Assembly: GCA_963664295.1 (NCBI GenBank) | Contig: OY760935.1 | Span: forward strand, 224,001-288,000 | From: Candidatus Altimarinota bacterium | Lineage (GTDB): Bacteria > Patescibacteriota > Gracilibacteria > CAIRYL01 > GCA-016699755 | Reading direction: 5' to 3' | Length of the DNA: 64,000 nt | In this document: one piece after another, positions 1-10,401 of the stretch | How positions within the stretch are numbered: position 1 is the stretch's first letter | How the letters are laid out: the number at the start of each line of letters is the position of its first letter | The notes under the pieces: model-generated | The model's input: only the letters and a program-made list of their open reading frames with translations | Told to the model about the DNA's origin: nothing | Database searches by the model: none | Position numbers and translations under genes: made by a program

Positions 1-186
1 AATAGCGTAGTTTCTAATTTCTTGAAATAGTAATCCAATAGTGTCAATTTCTTGTATAAATTCTTCCTTTTTTCTTTCGCCTGTATTTTGATAGCTAATC
101 ATAGAACCAACCAATATAGAAAGAAGGGCAATTACTGCAATCAATTCAACCAAGGTAAAGCCGGATTTTATTTTTTGTTTTAACAT
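1..186 (-). CDS. Type IV prepilin/pseudopilin-like protein, N-terminal part (runs off window)
   Basis: Manual translation from ATG at 186: MLKQKIKSG|FTLVELIAVIALLSILVGSM..., class III signal (G|FTLVE plus hydrophobic helix); absent from ORF track. Confidence 0.85.
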   Translation of the reverse strand, partial: MLKQKIKSGFTLVELIAVIALLSILVGSMISYQNTGERKKEEFIQEIDTIGLLFQEIRNYAI

Positions 187-191
187 TTTTT

Positions 192-1415
192 TTACGAAAG
201 TAGTTTTTTGGTTATTTTTTTGCCATTTTCTACTCCCGGCTGATTAAAAGGATTAATACCAAACATTTTTCCAAGAAAAGCAATCTCTGCCTCAAAGGTA
301 AATAAAAGTTCACCAATACTTTCTTCATTTATTTCTTCTATTTCCATTATTTGCACAGTTTGTTTTTTTTCTGTTAATGATTTTGCTGTACCTTTTAAGC
401 TGGCTTTTTTGATTTCTGAAAAACTTTTTTTGGAAAGATGGGCAAAATCTGGGTCTTTTATGGTTGGCAGACTGGCTTTTTTAGCATTTTTTTCGATAAT
501 AAAAGTATAGAGTTTGTCTGCTGGACCTTCAGCAAAAAGTTGCAAATCAGAATGTTGATCGCGAGTGCCAATAGCAATATGAGGCAAAATACCAATTTTT
601 TTTGTTCTACCTATGCTTTCAGCAAGCAATTGCCTCCAAAAACGACCAACAGACTCAAGTTTTTCTTCATAAACAAAAAACACAGATGTATTTTTTTTAA
701 GCAAAAACTCACTAACCGCCATTTTTAAAGCAGTATTTTTTTTAGGATTTTTTGATAAGGCATTTTTTCTGCCTAGTTTTGCACCTTCAATTAGTTCAGC
801 AATATCCACACCAGCAAGCGCCAAAGGCACAAGCCCCACAGGAGTAAAAACAGAAAATCTGCCACCCACTTTTTCCGGCACAGTAAAGGTTTTTACTTTG
901 TTTTTATTTGCAATTTCTCGAAATTTACCTGTTTCTCCAGTAATAAAAATTGAATTTTTTTTCCAATCTAAGCCTTGTTTTTTTAATTCGTTTTTAAAGA
1001 AAAAGAATTGAGAAACAGTTTCTAGGGTTGTTCCAGATTTGGAAATGAAAACAAAAAGAGTATCTGCAAGGCTTTTTTGAGCAACACTTGCTAGTATCTC
1101 AGGATCTATTGTTTCCAGGATTGTAATTTTTTTATTAGGGGAAAGCGCATTATAAACAGCTTTTGTGCCTAATGCAGAACCACCAATGCCACAAACAACA
1201 ATTTCTTTCCATTTTTTTTGGTTCTTATCTGCAAAGTCAATTATTTCATCTAAAACCTCTTGATTATCAAGTATTTCAAAAAACCCAGGAGGATTTTTTT
1301 TATATTCTTCTTGATTTTTGTTCAAAAAATTTATACAGAAACTTAAAAAATCATCTTCAGTAAGCGCTGAATTTTCAACAAAAATTTGCTTTTGATTTAA
1401 ACTTATATTTTTCAT
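192..1415 (-). CDS. pgi: Glucose-6-phosphate isomerase (short form)
   Basis: GIGGSALG, ISKSGTTLET, VGGRFSVF, QLLAESIG, INPFNQPGVE motifs. Confidence 0.93.
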   Translation of the reverse strand: MKNISLNQKQIFVENSALTEDDFLSFCINFLNKNQEEYKKNPPGFFEILDNQEVLDEIIDFADKNQKKWKEIVVCGIGGSALGTKAVYNALSPNKKITILETIDPEILASVAQKSLADTLFVFISKSGTTLETVSQFFFFKNELKKQGLDWKKNSIFITGETGKFREIANKNKVKTFTVPEKVGGRFSVFTPVGLVPLALAGVDIAELIEGAKLGRKNALSKNPKKNTALKMAVSEFLLKKNTSVFFVYEEKLESVGRFWRQLLAESIGRTKKIGILPHIAIGTRDQHSDLQLFAEGPADKLYTFIIEKNAKKASLPTIKDPDFAHLSKKSFSEIKKASLKGTAKSLTEKKQTVQIMEIEEINEESIGELLFTFEAEIAFLGKMFGINPFNQPGVENGKKITKKLLS

Positions 1416-1443
1416 TTTTTTATCTATTTATTTTATCATTTTT

Positions 1444-1998
1444 TTAGTCTTTTTTCAAGAACCAGCGCACTATTTCTTCTGTATTTTGAATATTATTTGG
1501 CAAATCTTTTAATTTTTTGAAAATATCTTTGCGAGTAAAACCAAGATTGATTAGTGTAAACACAACTTCTTCAGAGTAAAAATTGTCTCCCATAAGCTCT
1601 TCATCGGGTATTTTACCTTTTAATTCCAGAATTATTTTTTGAGCAGTTTTTTTGCCAAGACCTTTAACTTCTGAGAGCGCATCTGTGTTGCCTTCGTCAA
1701 TTGCCTCTTTGATATGCGCCAAAGGTGCTTCCATAATTTCCATTGCCAATTTTGGACCAACACCAGAAACACTAAGTAGAGAAATAAAAAATTCTTTTTG
1801 TCCTTTTTGTTCAAAGCCAAAAAGAGTCAAAGAATCTTCTTTAACGTGCAAGTAGGTAAATATTCTTGTTTCTTCGTTTATGTTTGCTTTTAAGGCTAAT
1901 TCTCTATTAGTAATCACATTAAGCCCCACGCCTCCAAGTTCAACAATTAAGTTTTTTTCTCCTTTTTCAATAACTTTTCCTGTTAAAACTGAGATCAT
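1444..1998 (-). CDS. ruvA: Holliday junction branch migration protein RuvA
   Basis: HVKEDSLTLFGF, VSGVGPKLA and VKGLGKKTAQKIILELKGK HhH motifs. Confidence 0.95.
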   Translation of the reverse strand: MISVLTGKVIEKGEKNLIVELGGVGLNVITNRELALKANINEETRIFTYLHVKEDSLTLFGFEQKGQKEFFISLLSVSGVGPKLAMEIMEAPLAHIKEAIDEGNTDALSEVKGLGKKTAQKIILELKGKIPDEELMGDNFYSEEVVFTLINLGFTRKDIFKKLKDLPNNIQNTEEIVRWFLKKD

Positions 1999-3050
1999 GA
2001 GAGTTGCGAATAATTATCAAGCATAAGAATAATAAAGCCAATTACAGCAAAAAGTCCATTGATAATCCAAAAACGCATAACAATTTGTGGCTCACTCCAG
2101 CCAATTTTTTCAAAATGATGATGCAGAGGTGCTATTAAAAAAACTTTTTTCTTAAAGAATTTTTTAGAAATAAGCTGAATAATGACAGATAAAGTTTCAA
2201 TTACAAAGATAAAGCCAGTTAAAAGTAAGATAGCCATTGTGCCAGTCATAGCCGCAATAACAGCTAAAGTTGCTCCCAAAGAAAGTGAGCCAGTATCACC
2301 CATAAAAAATTTAGCCGGAGGAACATTAAACCACAAAAAGGCAAAAAGACAGGCAATAATTAAGCCGCAAAAAATAGCCAAAAAATATTGCTCACGCAAA
2401 AAAGCGATAGACCCAAAAACAGCATAGTTTTGGATTAAAATTCCACCAGCAAGACCATCAAGACCATCAGTAATATTTACAGCATTAGCAGTAGCTAAAA
2501 TAACAAAAATAATCACAGGAAAAATCCAAATACCAAGATTAAAAGTTTCAATTAAAGGAACTCTAAAATCAGTATAAGCAAGCTGAAAATAAAACCAAAC
2601 CGCAGCCACAAGAGCAAAAGCAAACAAAAAAGACATTTTTGGTGCATAGTCTATGCCTTTTTTTCCGCCAATTTCTTTTACATTCCACCAATCATCAATA
2701 GCGCCCAAAACTCCCACAGTAATTAGTGTGAAAAGGGGAATATAAACCTCCCCTCTTTGCAAAAGAGATTGCTCAATAACACCAAAAAAACTCAAACTGC
2801 GAGAGAAAATAATTACCAACAAAACAGTTATCCAAATTAAGATTCCCCCCATTGTTGGTGTGCCTTCTTTTTTAAGGTGAAGTGCGCGGAATACTTTTGC
2901 TACTTTGCCATCCACAGTTTTTTCACGGATTTTTTGGACATATTTTTGCTCTCTCATAAACTTAATAAACGGTTTTTCTAAAAGAAGAAAAACTGCAAAA
3001 GAAATTAAGCAATATCCAAAAAGTTCAATAAAAAAAGCAATATTATCCAT
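1995..3050 (-). CDS. mraY: Phospho-N-acetylmuramoyl-pentapeptide transferase
   Basis: KEGTPTMGG, NAVNITDGLDGLA, PAKFFMGDTGS, APLHHHFE motifs; multi-pass membrane protein. Confidence 0.96.
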   Translation of the reverse strand: MDNIAFFIELFGYCLISFAVFLLLEKPFIKFMREQKYVQKIREKTVDGKVAKVFRALHLKKEGTPTMGGILIWITVLLVIIFSRSLSFFGVIEQSLLQRGEVYIPLFTLITVGVLGAIDDWWNVKEIGGKKGIDYAPKMSFLFAFALVAAVWFYFQLAYTDFRVPLIETFNLGIWIFPVIIFVILATANAVNITDGLDGLAGGILIQNYAVFGSIAFLREQYFLAIFCGLIIACLFAFLWFNVPPAKFFMGDTGSLSLGATLAVIAAMTGTMAILLLTGFIFVIETLSVIIQLISKKFFKKKVFLIAPLHHHFEKIGWSEPQIVMRFWIINGLFAVIGFIILMLDNYSQLS

Positions 3051-3094
3051 GACTCTTATCTTTGCTTAAAAACTATTAAATTGCAATTAAAATT

Positions 3095-4441
3095 TTATTC
3101 CACATGCGCTTTATCTATGTCATAGAAACGCATTTGTTTTTTATCAAACCTAAGCTCAACATGACCAGTTGGTCCATTTCTGTGTTTGCGGATAAAAATA
3201 TCAGTAATTCCTTCACGATCTGTGTCTTCTTCATAATAATCTTCTCTGTAGAGCATAAGCACAACATCAGCATCTTGCTCAATTGCTCCTGATTCTCTCA
3301 AGTCAGCTAATTGAGGAATTTTTGGATTACGCATTTCCACAGCACGAGAAAGCTGACTCAAAGCCAAGATAGGCACATGAAGCTCACGAGCAAGTGCTTT
3401 TAAGCTACGAGAAATTTCAGATATTTCTTGCACCCTATTGGCAGCAAAAGCGTTATTTCCAGTGCTCATCAACTGAAGATAGTCCACAATAATAAAATCC
3501 AAACCATGCTCCATTTGCAGTCTTCGTGCCTTTGCTCGTAGTTCTGGCATAGAAGAGCCAACAGTATCATCAATAAAAATAGGCGCTTGTGATAATTCGT
3601 CCATAATCATGCCCATTTTTTGGAAATCACTATCATCAAGTTTTCCTTTTTGTAGCTTCCAAGCATCAACAGCAAGTCGAGAGGCCAACATTCTATCGGT
3701 TAATTGCTCTTTAGACATTTCCAAAGAGAATATGCCCACAGATTTTTTAGTATTAAGCGCTACATTTAAAGCCATGGAAAGAGCTAAAGCAGTTTTACCC
3801 ATAGAAGGGCGTGCAGCGAGCACAATCATATCTGAAGGTTGAAAACCGCCAAGTAGTTTATTTAAACTGCTAAATCCAGTTGGAATACCTCTGCCAATTT
3901 CTTCTTCATCACTGCCATGAATTTCTGAGAAAACCTCATAGCGCTCATTAACAATATCTTTAATGTGTACAAATTTGTTTTTTAGAAAAGTTTGCGAAAT
4001 TGAAAAAACTTCTTTTTCTGCTTTTTCGAGTTGTTCTTCGATTGCTCTTTCTTCTTCATATCCTAGGCCTTTAATTTTATCGCCAGCTAGTATCATTCGT
4101 CTTAGCGTGGATTTCTTTTTTACAATTTGACCATACTCAAAAATATGACTAGCAGAAGGGACAACAGTAGTTAATTCTGCCAATCTTGCATTGCCACCAA
4201 CTTCTTTGAGCCATTTTTTCTCTTTTAAGCCATCAGCAACAGTAATTAAATCAATAGGCTCATGGCGTTGAGACAAATTAAGCATTACCTCATATATTTT
4301 GCTGTTTTGAGTAGAATAGAAATCATCAGCTTTTAAGAAATCAGAAACTTTAATAATGGCTTCTGAGTCCATTAAAATAGAGCCTAAGATAGACTCTTCT
4401 GCATCAGTTGCCTGCGGTAATCCTTGTTTAATATCCGCCAT
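3095..4441 (-). CDS. dnaB: Replicative DNA helicase
   Basis: AARPSMGKT Walker A, IVDYLQLM, LSQLSR, DLRESGAIEQDAD, KHRNGPTG. Confidence 0.97.
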   Translation of the reverse strand: MADIKQGLPQATDAEESILGSILMDSEAIIKVSDFLKADDFYSTQNSKIYEVMLNLSQRHEPIDLITVADGLKEKKWLKEVGGNARLAELTTVVPSASHIFEYGQIVKKKSTLRRMILAGDKIKGLGYEEERAIEEQLEKAEKEVFSISQTFLKNKFVHIKDIVNERYEVFSEIHGSDEEEIGRGIPTGFSSLNKLLGGFQPSDMIVLAARPSMGKTALALSMALNVALNTKKSVGIFSLEMSKEQLTDRMLASRLAVDAWKLQKGKLDDSDFQKMGMIMDELSQAPIFIDDTVGSSMPELRAKARRLQMEHGLDFIIVDYLQLMSTGNNAFAANRVQEISEISRSLKALARELHVPILALSQLSRAVEMRNPKIPQLADLRESGAIEQDADVVLMLYREDYYEEDTDREGITDIFIRKHRNGPTGHVELRFDKKQMRFYDIDKAHVE

Positions 4442-4494
4442 TCAAAAACATTAGGGAATTTTATTCTCGCTTATTTTTTGCTCAAAAACAAGTT

Positions 4495-5097
4495 TTAGTT
4501 TTTAAAAAAACTTCGAAGTGCGTCCAATATTCTTTTTCGTGAACTTTGAAGATGTTTTTTATAGCTTTCATCTTTGCGTACTTTGATGTAAGCGCCTGTT
4601 TTGATATAGCTCATAATTTTACTAGAGTTCAAAATTGGCCTATGAACATGGTCAAGCTCAAAAACAGAAATATCATTAGCTGTGCGTACTGAAATAGTTC
4701 CAAAAGTTAAAATAGTACCTAAAATTCCTTTAATTTGACCCTTTACATCTTGAATTTGCCTTAGGCTAGCCTCAGAAGTATCTCTATCAAGAAGTGTCAC
4801 CTGAGTAATATCAATCACTCTTTCATTGGTCACAACAACAATGTCTAAATCATCATTTAGCCAGCAAATGAGTGAGTACAGAAGAGTGAAAGATAAAAAG
4901 GCAAACAAAAAAGCTAGGCTTAAATCAAAAAATCCATTGCCACTGTGCATAAATCTACTAATTAAAAAAACCATAATTAGAGCAGGAGCAATGCCAATAA
5001 AAAGAAAGCGCAAAAGGGCATAAACATGGATTATCCAATGCTTTCGCAGTATCATTTCTACTTTTTCACCGTTTCTTTGTCCAGGAAAATGTCTCAT
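4495..5097 (-). CDS. Membrane protein with probable bacterial PH domain
   Basis: Two TM helices followed by VVTNERVID...IQDV...FGTI pattern. Confidence 0.65.
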   Translation of the reverse strand: MRHFPGQRNGEKVEMILRKHWIIHVYALLRFLFIGIAPALIMVFLISRFMHSGNGFFDLSLAFLFAFLSFTLLYSLICWLNDDLDIVVVTNERVIDITQVTLLDRDTSEASLRQIQDVKGQIKGILGTILTFGTISVRTANDISVFELDHVHRPILNSSKIMSYIKTGAYIKVRKDESYKKHLQSSRKRILDALRSFFKN

Positions 5098-5721
5098 TTA
5101 AACATCTAGATTAGGAATTTCAGAAATATGTCTTTCTGTTTCATGGCTTATGCTATCAATCGCATCATCTAAGCCTTTTTTTCGGCTTATTGATTTCAGT
5201 CTTACTTTATTAAATTTTTGAGTCCAATAAGAAACATGTGGTACATGAGTTATTGCTTTGGAGTCTTTTATATTAGCAAGAGTAAGATAAATACGCCCCA
5301 TGTCAAGAAAATTGCGAATTAAGCCTATTTTTCTCATTTGAATATCTTGAACTTTTTTTAGGTCAACAACCTCTTTTTCATCGTGAAGAAAAAGGCTTTT
5401 AATCACTTCGATAACTCTAATGTCAGTCAAAATAACTATTGTCAAAAGCCAGGAAACAATAGCGCAAAAAAATACCTGCGTTTCTATTAAGATAATTAAA
5501 AATAAAATAATTCCTACTAAGCGAAACATTTCAACAGAAATGGCAGGTAAAAATTTAACACTTAGTATTGTTCCAATTCCAATAGTGATTATAACTAAAA
5601 GATATCTAGAAACAGGGGATAAAAGAAAAAACCAATGTTGACTAAAAAAGCCATAAAAAGTTTCATTTGGAAATTGGTCGTGAAAAAACTTATTTTCCAT
5701 ATATGCATAATACACATACAT
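5098..5721 (-). CDS. Membrane protein with probable bacterial PH domain, paralog of neighbour
   Basis: FHDQFPNE vs FPGQRNGE; ILTDIRVIE...VQDI...MGRI matches the adjacent ORF. Confidence 0.6.
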   Translation of the reverse strand: MYVYYAYMENKFFHDQFPNETFYGFFSQHWFFLLSPVSRYLLVIITIGIGTILSVKFLPAISVEMFRLVGIILFLIILIETQVFFCAIVSWLLTIVILTDIRVIEVIKSLFLHDEKEVVDLKKVQDIQMRKIGLIRNFLDMGRIYLTLANIKDSKAITHVPHVSYWTQKFNKVRLKSISRKKGLDDAIDSISHETERHISEIPNLDV

Positions 5722-5827
5722 AATGCAATTTTTTTAATTAAAAAGCAAAATATTTTTCAATAAAATCAAGTTGAAATTAAAAAAATTTCCTGCAAAAATA
5801 ATTCCTAGGTTTAATTTTTATAACTAA

Positions 5828-8800
5828 GTGGAGAACAAATTCGTACACCTACATGTGCATAGCTATTATTCATTACTTGATGGACTTTCTAGTCCTGAAG
5901 ATTTAGCAAAAAAAGCCCGCGAACAAGGTTCTCCTGCATTAGCAATAACAGACCATGGCAATATGCATGGTGTGCTTGAGTTTTTTAAAGCTTGCAAAAA
6001 AGAAGGCATTAAGCCAATTTTAGGTTGTGAATGTTTTGTTGCTGTACGCAGTTTGCATGATAAAGAAGCAGGCATAGACAACGAACGCTGGCATCTTTTA
6101 TTGTTAGTAAAAAACAAAAAAGGATATGAAAATTTGCTAAAAATGGTGACTACCTCATACCTGGAAGGTATTTACTATAAACCTCGTATTGATTTTGAAT
6201 TATTAAAAAAACACTCTGAAGGTCTTATTGCTTGCTCTGCTTGTTTGCAGGGCGAGGTGCCAAGAGCTTTTACAAAAAAAGGCATAGAAGAAGCAAAAAA
6301 AGTGACCCAAAAACACCTTGATCTTTTTGGGGAAGATTTTTATTTGGAGCTTCAGCATCACCCAAATATACCTGAACAAGAACAAGTAAATCAGGCCTTA
6401 ATTCAAATAAGTAAAGAAATGAACATTCCTCTTGTGGCAACCAATGATGTGCATTATGCCAATAGAGATGATGCAGATGCGCATGACACATTGCTTTGTA
6501 TTCAAACCAATGCTCTAAAGTCAGAAACAGCAAGAATGTCTATGGCTGATTCTGATTTTTCAATGATACCACCAGAAGAAATGTATCAATATTTTTCTCA
6601 TGTGCCCGAGGCATGTAAAAATACTTTAAAAATAGCAGAAAAATGTGATTTTAAGTTTGAATTTGGCAAACATCTTTTGCCACAATTTCCTGTGGAAAAT
6701 GGTGGCACAGATGCTGACTATCTACGCAAAAAATGTGAGGAGGGAATTATGGAAAGATTTAATTTTGATACTAAAAATCCACAAACAGAAGAGCAAAAAG
6801 AAATTGTAAAACGACTTGATCACGAGCTTAGCGTGATTAACAGTATGGGTTTTGCTTCTTATTTTTTGATTGTTTGGGATTTTGTAAAATGGGCAAAGGA
6901 ACAAAATATTGCTGTAGGACCAGGTAGAGGTTCTGCTGCTGGCTCTCTTGTTTCCTATGTTTTGAAAATTACAGACATAGACCCGCTTGAACATGAATTA
7001 TTTTTTGAGAGGTTTTTAAATCCAGAAAGAGTATCAATGCCCGATATAGATATGGATTTTGCTGATGATCGTCGTGATGAAGTTATTGAATATGTGCGCA
7101 ATAAATACGGCTCTGAACGAGTTGCTCAGATTTGTACTTTTGGAACAATGGCAGCCAGAGCCGCTATTAAGGATGTAGGTAGGGCTTATGGAATTCCATT
7201 TGGCGAGATGAATGATTTTGCGAAATTGATTCCAGATAAGCCAGGAACAACCTTGGACGAAGCCATAGAGGTATCAAGTGAACTAAAAAAAGATATTGAA
7301 AGCAATGAGGTTCATAAAAAGATTTTTGAAACAGCAAAAAAATTAGAAGGTTGTGTGCGCCATGTGTCTGTTCATGCTTGTGCTGTGGTGATTTCCCCTG
7401 ATGAAGTAGTGCGCCATATGCCTCTTCAGCATCCACCAAAAGATGACCAGGTGATTATTACTCAGTTTTCACAAAAACCAGTAGAAGCACTCGGACTGCT
7501 TAAAATGGATTTTTTGGGCTTAAAAAATCTTACAATCATGGACAAAGCTTGCAAGATTATTCAAAGAACAAAAGGAGTGGACATAGACTTTACAAAAGTC
7601 TCTATGGAAGATAAAAAAACTTTTCAGTTATTAGCAAAAGGGGAAACAACTGGCGTATTTCAGTTAGAGTCCGCTGGTATGAAAAGATACTTAAAGCAAT
7701 TAAAGCCAAATAATTTTGAAGACATTATTGCGATGGTCTCTCTTTTTCGTCCTGGTCCAATGGAGTGGATACCAGACTACATCAAAGGAAAACACGGTAA
7801 GAGAAAAGTGACCTATGTTCACGAAAGCGTAAAATCAATCCTTGAAAAAACTTTTGGCATTGCAATTTATCAGGAGCAGATTTTGAAAATTGCTCAGGTT
7901 TTAGCGGGATTTACTCTTGGCGAAGCTGATATTCTTAGGCGGGCAATTGGTAAAAAAATTCCAGAAGAACTAGCTTCACAAAGAAAAAAATTCATAGATG
8001 GTGCAGAAGAATTAGGACACAGCAGAGACATGGCAGTAGAGGTTTTTGAAAAAGTGGTTGAACCTTTTGCTGGTTATGGTTTTAATCGTTCTCATGCCGC
8101 ATCATACGCCATGATTGCCTATAGAACAGCTTATCTAAAAGCCAATTATCCAACAGAATTTATGGCCGCCTTACTTTCTTGCGATGCTGGTAATACAGAT
8201 AAGGTTTGTAGAGACATTGAAGAATGCGAGCGCATGGGTATTGAGATTTTACCACCAAGCGTAAATGATTCTTTGAAAAATTTCACAGTAGTAGAAGAAG
8301 GTAAAATAAGATTTGGCTTATCAGCAGTAAAAGGAATAGGAGATGGAGTTGTTAATGATATCTTAAGCACTAGAAAAAATGCTAATTTTAAAGATTTTGA
8401 AGATTTTTTATTAAGAGTTCCGCAAAAAATAGTAAATAAAAAATCTTTAGAGTCCTTAGCAAAAGCAGGAGCACTCTCTGAGTTTGTTGACCCCAAAAAA
8501 GTTATCGAAAACATAGAAACAATCACAGCTTTTGCAAAAGCAAATGATGCAAAAAACGACAATCCGCTACAGGAAGGGTTATTTGGAGGTATGGACGATG
8601 AGCCAAAAGCAAGTTTAAACCTACCAGAAACAGAAGGTTCAACTCGTATAGAAAGATTAAGCTGGGAACAAGAAATACTTGGTTTATTTGTTTCTGACCA
8701 CCCTCTTAAGAACATGGAAAATTATTTTCATAAAAAAGGTACTCTCATAGAAAACTTTTTTGTAGAAAATGACAAAAAAATGCCCAAAAATCCAATAAAA

Positions 8801-9343
8801 ATAGGAGGAATAATCTCTGGCTTTCGCAAAATAACTACCAAAACAAAAAGCACAATGGCAGTAGCAACAATAGAAGATCCTACCGGCAAAATAGATGTAG
8901 TGTTTTTTCCAAAAACCTACGAAAAACACTATGAAACATTGGATAATGTAGAGATTTTATTCGTAAAAGGTAAATGGGATAAAAGAAATGGATTTTTGCA
9001 AATAATAGCTCAATCTATTGATACAGTTGGTTTTGAAAAAGCACGCAAACAGTCTAAAAAACTCCCACCACTTGAAAAAAAAGAAAGAAAAATTGAGGAA
9101 GAAATAAAAGAAATTGAAGAAGAAGTAATTCAAGAATGTGTTAAGCAAATTGAAAAATGGAACATACAAATTCCAAATGGGGTTACGCGAGAAGCATTAA
9201 AAAGTGTGCAAAAGGCTCTTCTTGATGCGCCAGGCGAATGTTCTGTTGAGATTGATATTAATGGGAAATGTGTTGTTTTTCCAAAAAAAGTAAAAAAATG
9301 CTCTGAGCTTGAGGATAAAGTGCAGAGGATTTTAATGGGGTGA
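5828..9343 (+). CDS. dnaE: DNA polymerase III alpha subunit
   Basis: PHP domain HLHVHSYYSLLDG, GPGRGSAAGS, PERVSMPDIDMDF, GYGFNRSH, C-terminal OB fold; GTG start. Confidence 0.97.
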   Translation: MENKFVHLHVHSYYSLLDGLSSPEDLAKKAREQGSPALAITDHGNMHGVLEFFKACKKEGIKPILGCECFVAVRSLHDKEAGIDNERWHLLLLVKNKKGYENLLKMVTTSYLEGIYYKPRIDFELLKKHSEGLIACSACLQGEVPRAFTKKGIEEAKKVTQKHLDLFGEDFYLELQHHPNIPEQEQVNQALIQISKEMNIPLVATNDVHYANRDDADAHDTLLCIQTNALKSETARMSMADSDFSMIPPEEMYQYFSHVPEACKNTLKIAEKCDFKFEFGKHLLPQFPVENGGTDADYLRKKCEEGIMERFNFDTKNPQTEEQKEIVKRLDHELSVINSMGFASYFLIVWDFVKWAKEQNIAVGPGRGSAAGSLVSYVLKITDIDPLEHELFFERFLNPERVSMPDIDMDFADDRRDEVIEYVRNKYGSERVAQICTFGTMAARAAIKDVGRAYGIPFGEMNDFAKLIPDKPGTTLDEAIEVSSELKKDIESNEVHKKIFETAKKLEGCVRHVSVHACAVVISPDEVVRHMPLQHPPKDDQVIITQFSQKPVEALGLLKMDFLGLKNLTIMDKACKIIQRTKGVDIDFTKVSMEDKKTFQLLAKGETTGVFQLESAGMKRYLKQLKPNNFEDIIAMVSLFRPGPMEWIPDYIKGKHGKRKVTYVHESVKSILEKTFGIAIYQEQILKIAQVLAGFTLGEADILRRAIGKKIPEELASQRKKFIDGAEELGHSRDMAVEVFEKVVEPFAGYGFNRSHAASYAMIAYRTAYLKANYPTEFMAALLSCDAGNTDKVCRDIEECERMGIEILPPSVNDSLKNFTVVEEGKIRFGLSAVKGIGDGVVNDILSTRKNANFKDFEDFLLRVPQKIVNKKSLESLAKAGALSEFVDPKKVIENIETITAFAKANDAKNDNPLQEGLFGGMDDEPKASLNLPETEGSTRIERLSWEQEILGLFVSDHPLKNMENYFHKKGTLIENFFVENDKKMPKNPIKIGGIISGFRKITTKTKSTMAVATIEDPTGKIDVVFFPKTYEKHYETLDNVEILFVKGKWDKRNGFLQIIAQSIDTVGFEKARKQSKKLPPLEKKERKIEEEIKEIEEEVIQECVKQIEKWNIQIPNGVTREALKSVQKALLDAPGECSVEIDINGKCVVFPKKVKKCSELEDKVQRILMG

Positions 9344-9388
9344 TTTTAATTATTTTTTGTTTTCGTTATTGTGAGTCTGTTTGCTCTC

Positions 9389-10227
9389 TGTCATCCTGAG
9401 TGAGCGTAGCGTAGCGAAGCGAAGAATCTCCCGTTGTCATTACTGTTGAATTACCTAAGGCAGAACTTGAGCGCATGGCAAAGGAGATTGCGGATCAAGT
9501 CCGCAATGACAAGGTAGGGATTGAGCAAATGGACAAGGAGATTGTGGGTCGTAGCCTGCAATGACACCCCAAAAAGTCCACAATGACAAATATGATGTCA
9601 TCCTGAACTCGATTCAGGATCTCCCGTTGTCATTACTGTTGAATTACCTAAGGCAGAACTTGAGCGCATGGCAAAGGAGATTGCGGATCAAGTCCGCAAT
9701 GACAAGGCAGGGATTGAGCAAATGGACAAGGAGATTGTGGGTCGTAGCCTGCAATGACACCCCAAAAAGTCCACAATGACAAATATGATGTCATCCTGAA
9801 CTCGATTCAGGATCTCCCGTTGTCATTACTGTTGAATTACCTAAGGCAGAACTTGAGCGCATGGCAAAGGAGATTGCGGATCAAGTCCGCAATGACAAGG
9901 CAGGGATTGAGCAAATGGACAAGGAGATTGCGGGTCTTAGCCCGCAATGACACCCTAAAAAGTTCGGAATGACAAATATGATGTCATCCTGAACTCGATT
10001 CAGAATCTCCCGTTGTCATTACTGTTGAATTACCTAAGGCAGGACTTGAATTAGTGTTCAAGGAGATTCTTCGCTCCATTTCATTTCGCTCAGAATGACA
10101 GCAAGGGAGTGTTTTTCGCTCAGAATGACACCTCCCGAGATTGCGGGTCGTAGCCCGCAATGACACCCTAAAAAGTCCGGAATGACATTTTTAATTCTTG
10201 GATTATAGGATTAACTCCGCAATAATA
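9389..10227. repeat. Palindromic repeat cluster 1 with 193-bp tandem unit
   Basis: TGTCAT-hairpin-ATCTC modules in both orientations; ATCTCCCGTTGTC recurs at 9426, 9619, 9812, 10005. Confidence 0.95.
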
Positions 10228-10339
10228 AAAAAATTCATTAATTACAAAAAATTACGTCAAAAATATCCAAAAAAACATCAAAAATTAGAAAAATTAAAAA
10301 TTTTTTTATAGCTTAAATAAGCCATAAAAGCCATTTTTC

Positions 10340-10385
10340 TTGACTTTAGCGTATTACTGTATTAGTGTACCGGTACACTAATACA
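10340..10385 (+). promoter_or_regulatory. Probable trp operon promoter with overlapping palindromic operator
   Basis: TTGACT (10340) - 17 bp - TAGTGT (10363); perfect 28-bp palindrome TGTATTAGTGTACCGGTACACTAATACA at 10358-10385, 16 bp before the trpR start. Confidence 0.8.
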
Positions 10386-10401
10386 TAATTTAATAATTAA
10401 T

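Noticed and set aside
3095-9343. Inteins in dnaB or dnaE
   Set aside because: Both proteins are of normal length with contiguous motifs
9561-10166. Short ORFs in repeat clusters (also 24655-25030, 41359-41586, 44169-44450, 45539-45742, 55379-55567)
   Set aside because: They are translations of the palindromic repeats, recur in both orientations and have no RBS or protein-like features
10228-10401. Trp leader peptide or T-box attenuator
   Set aside because: No tandem TGG codons, terminator/antiterminator pair or T-box motif visible
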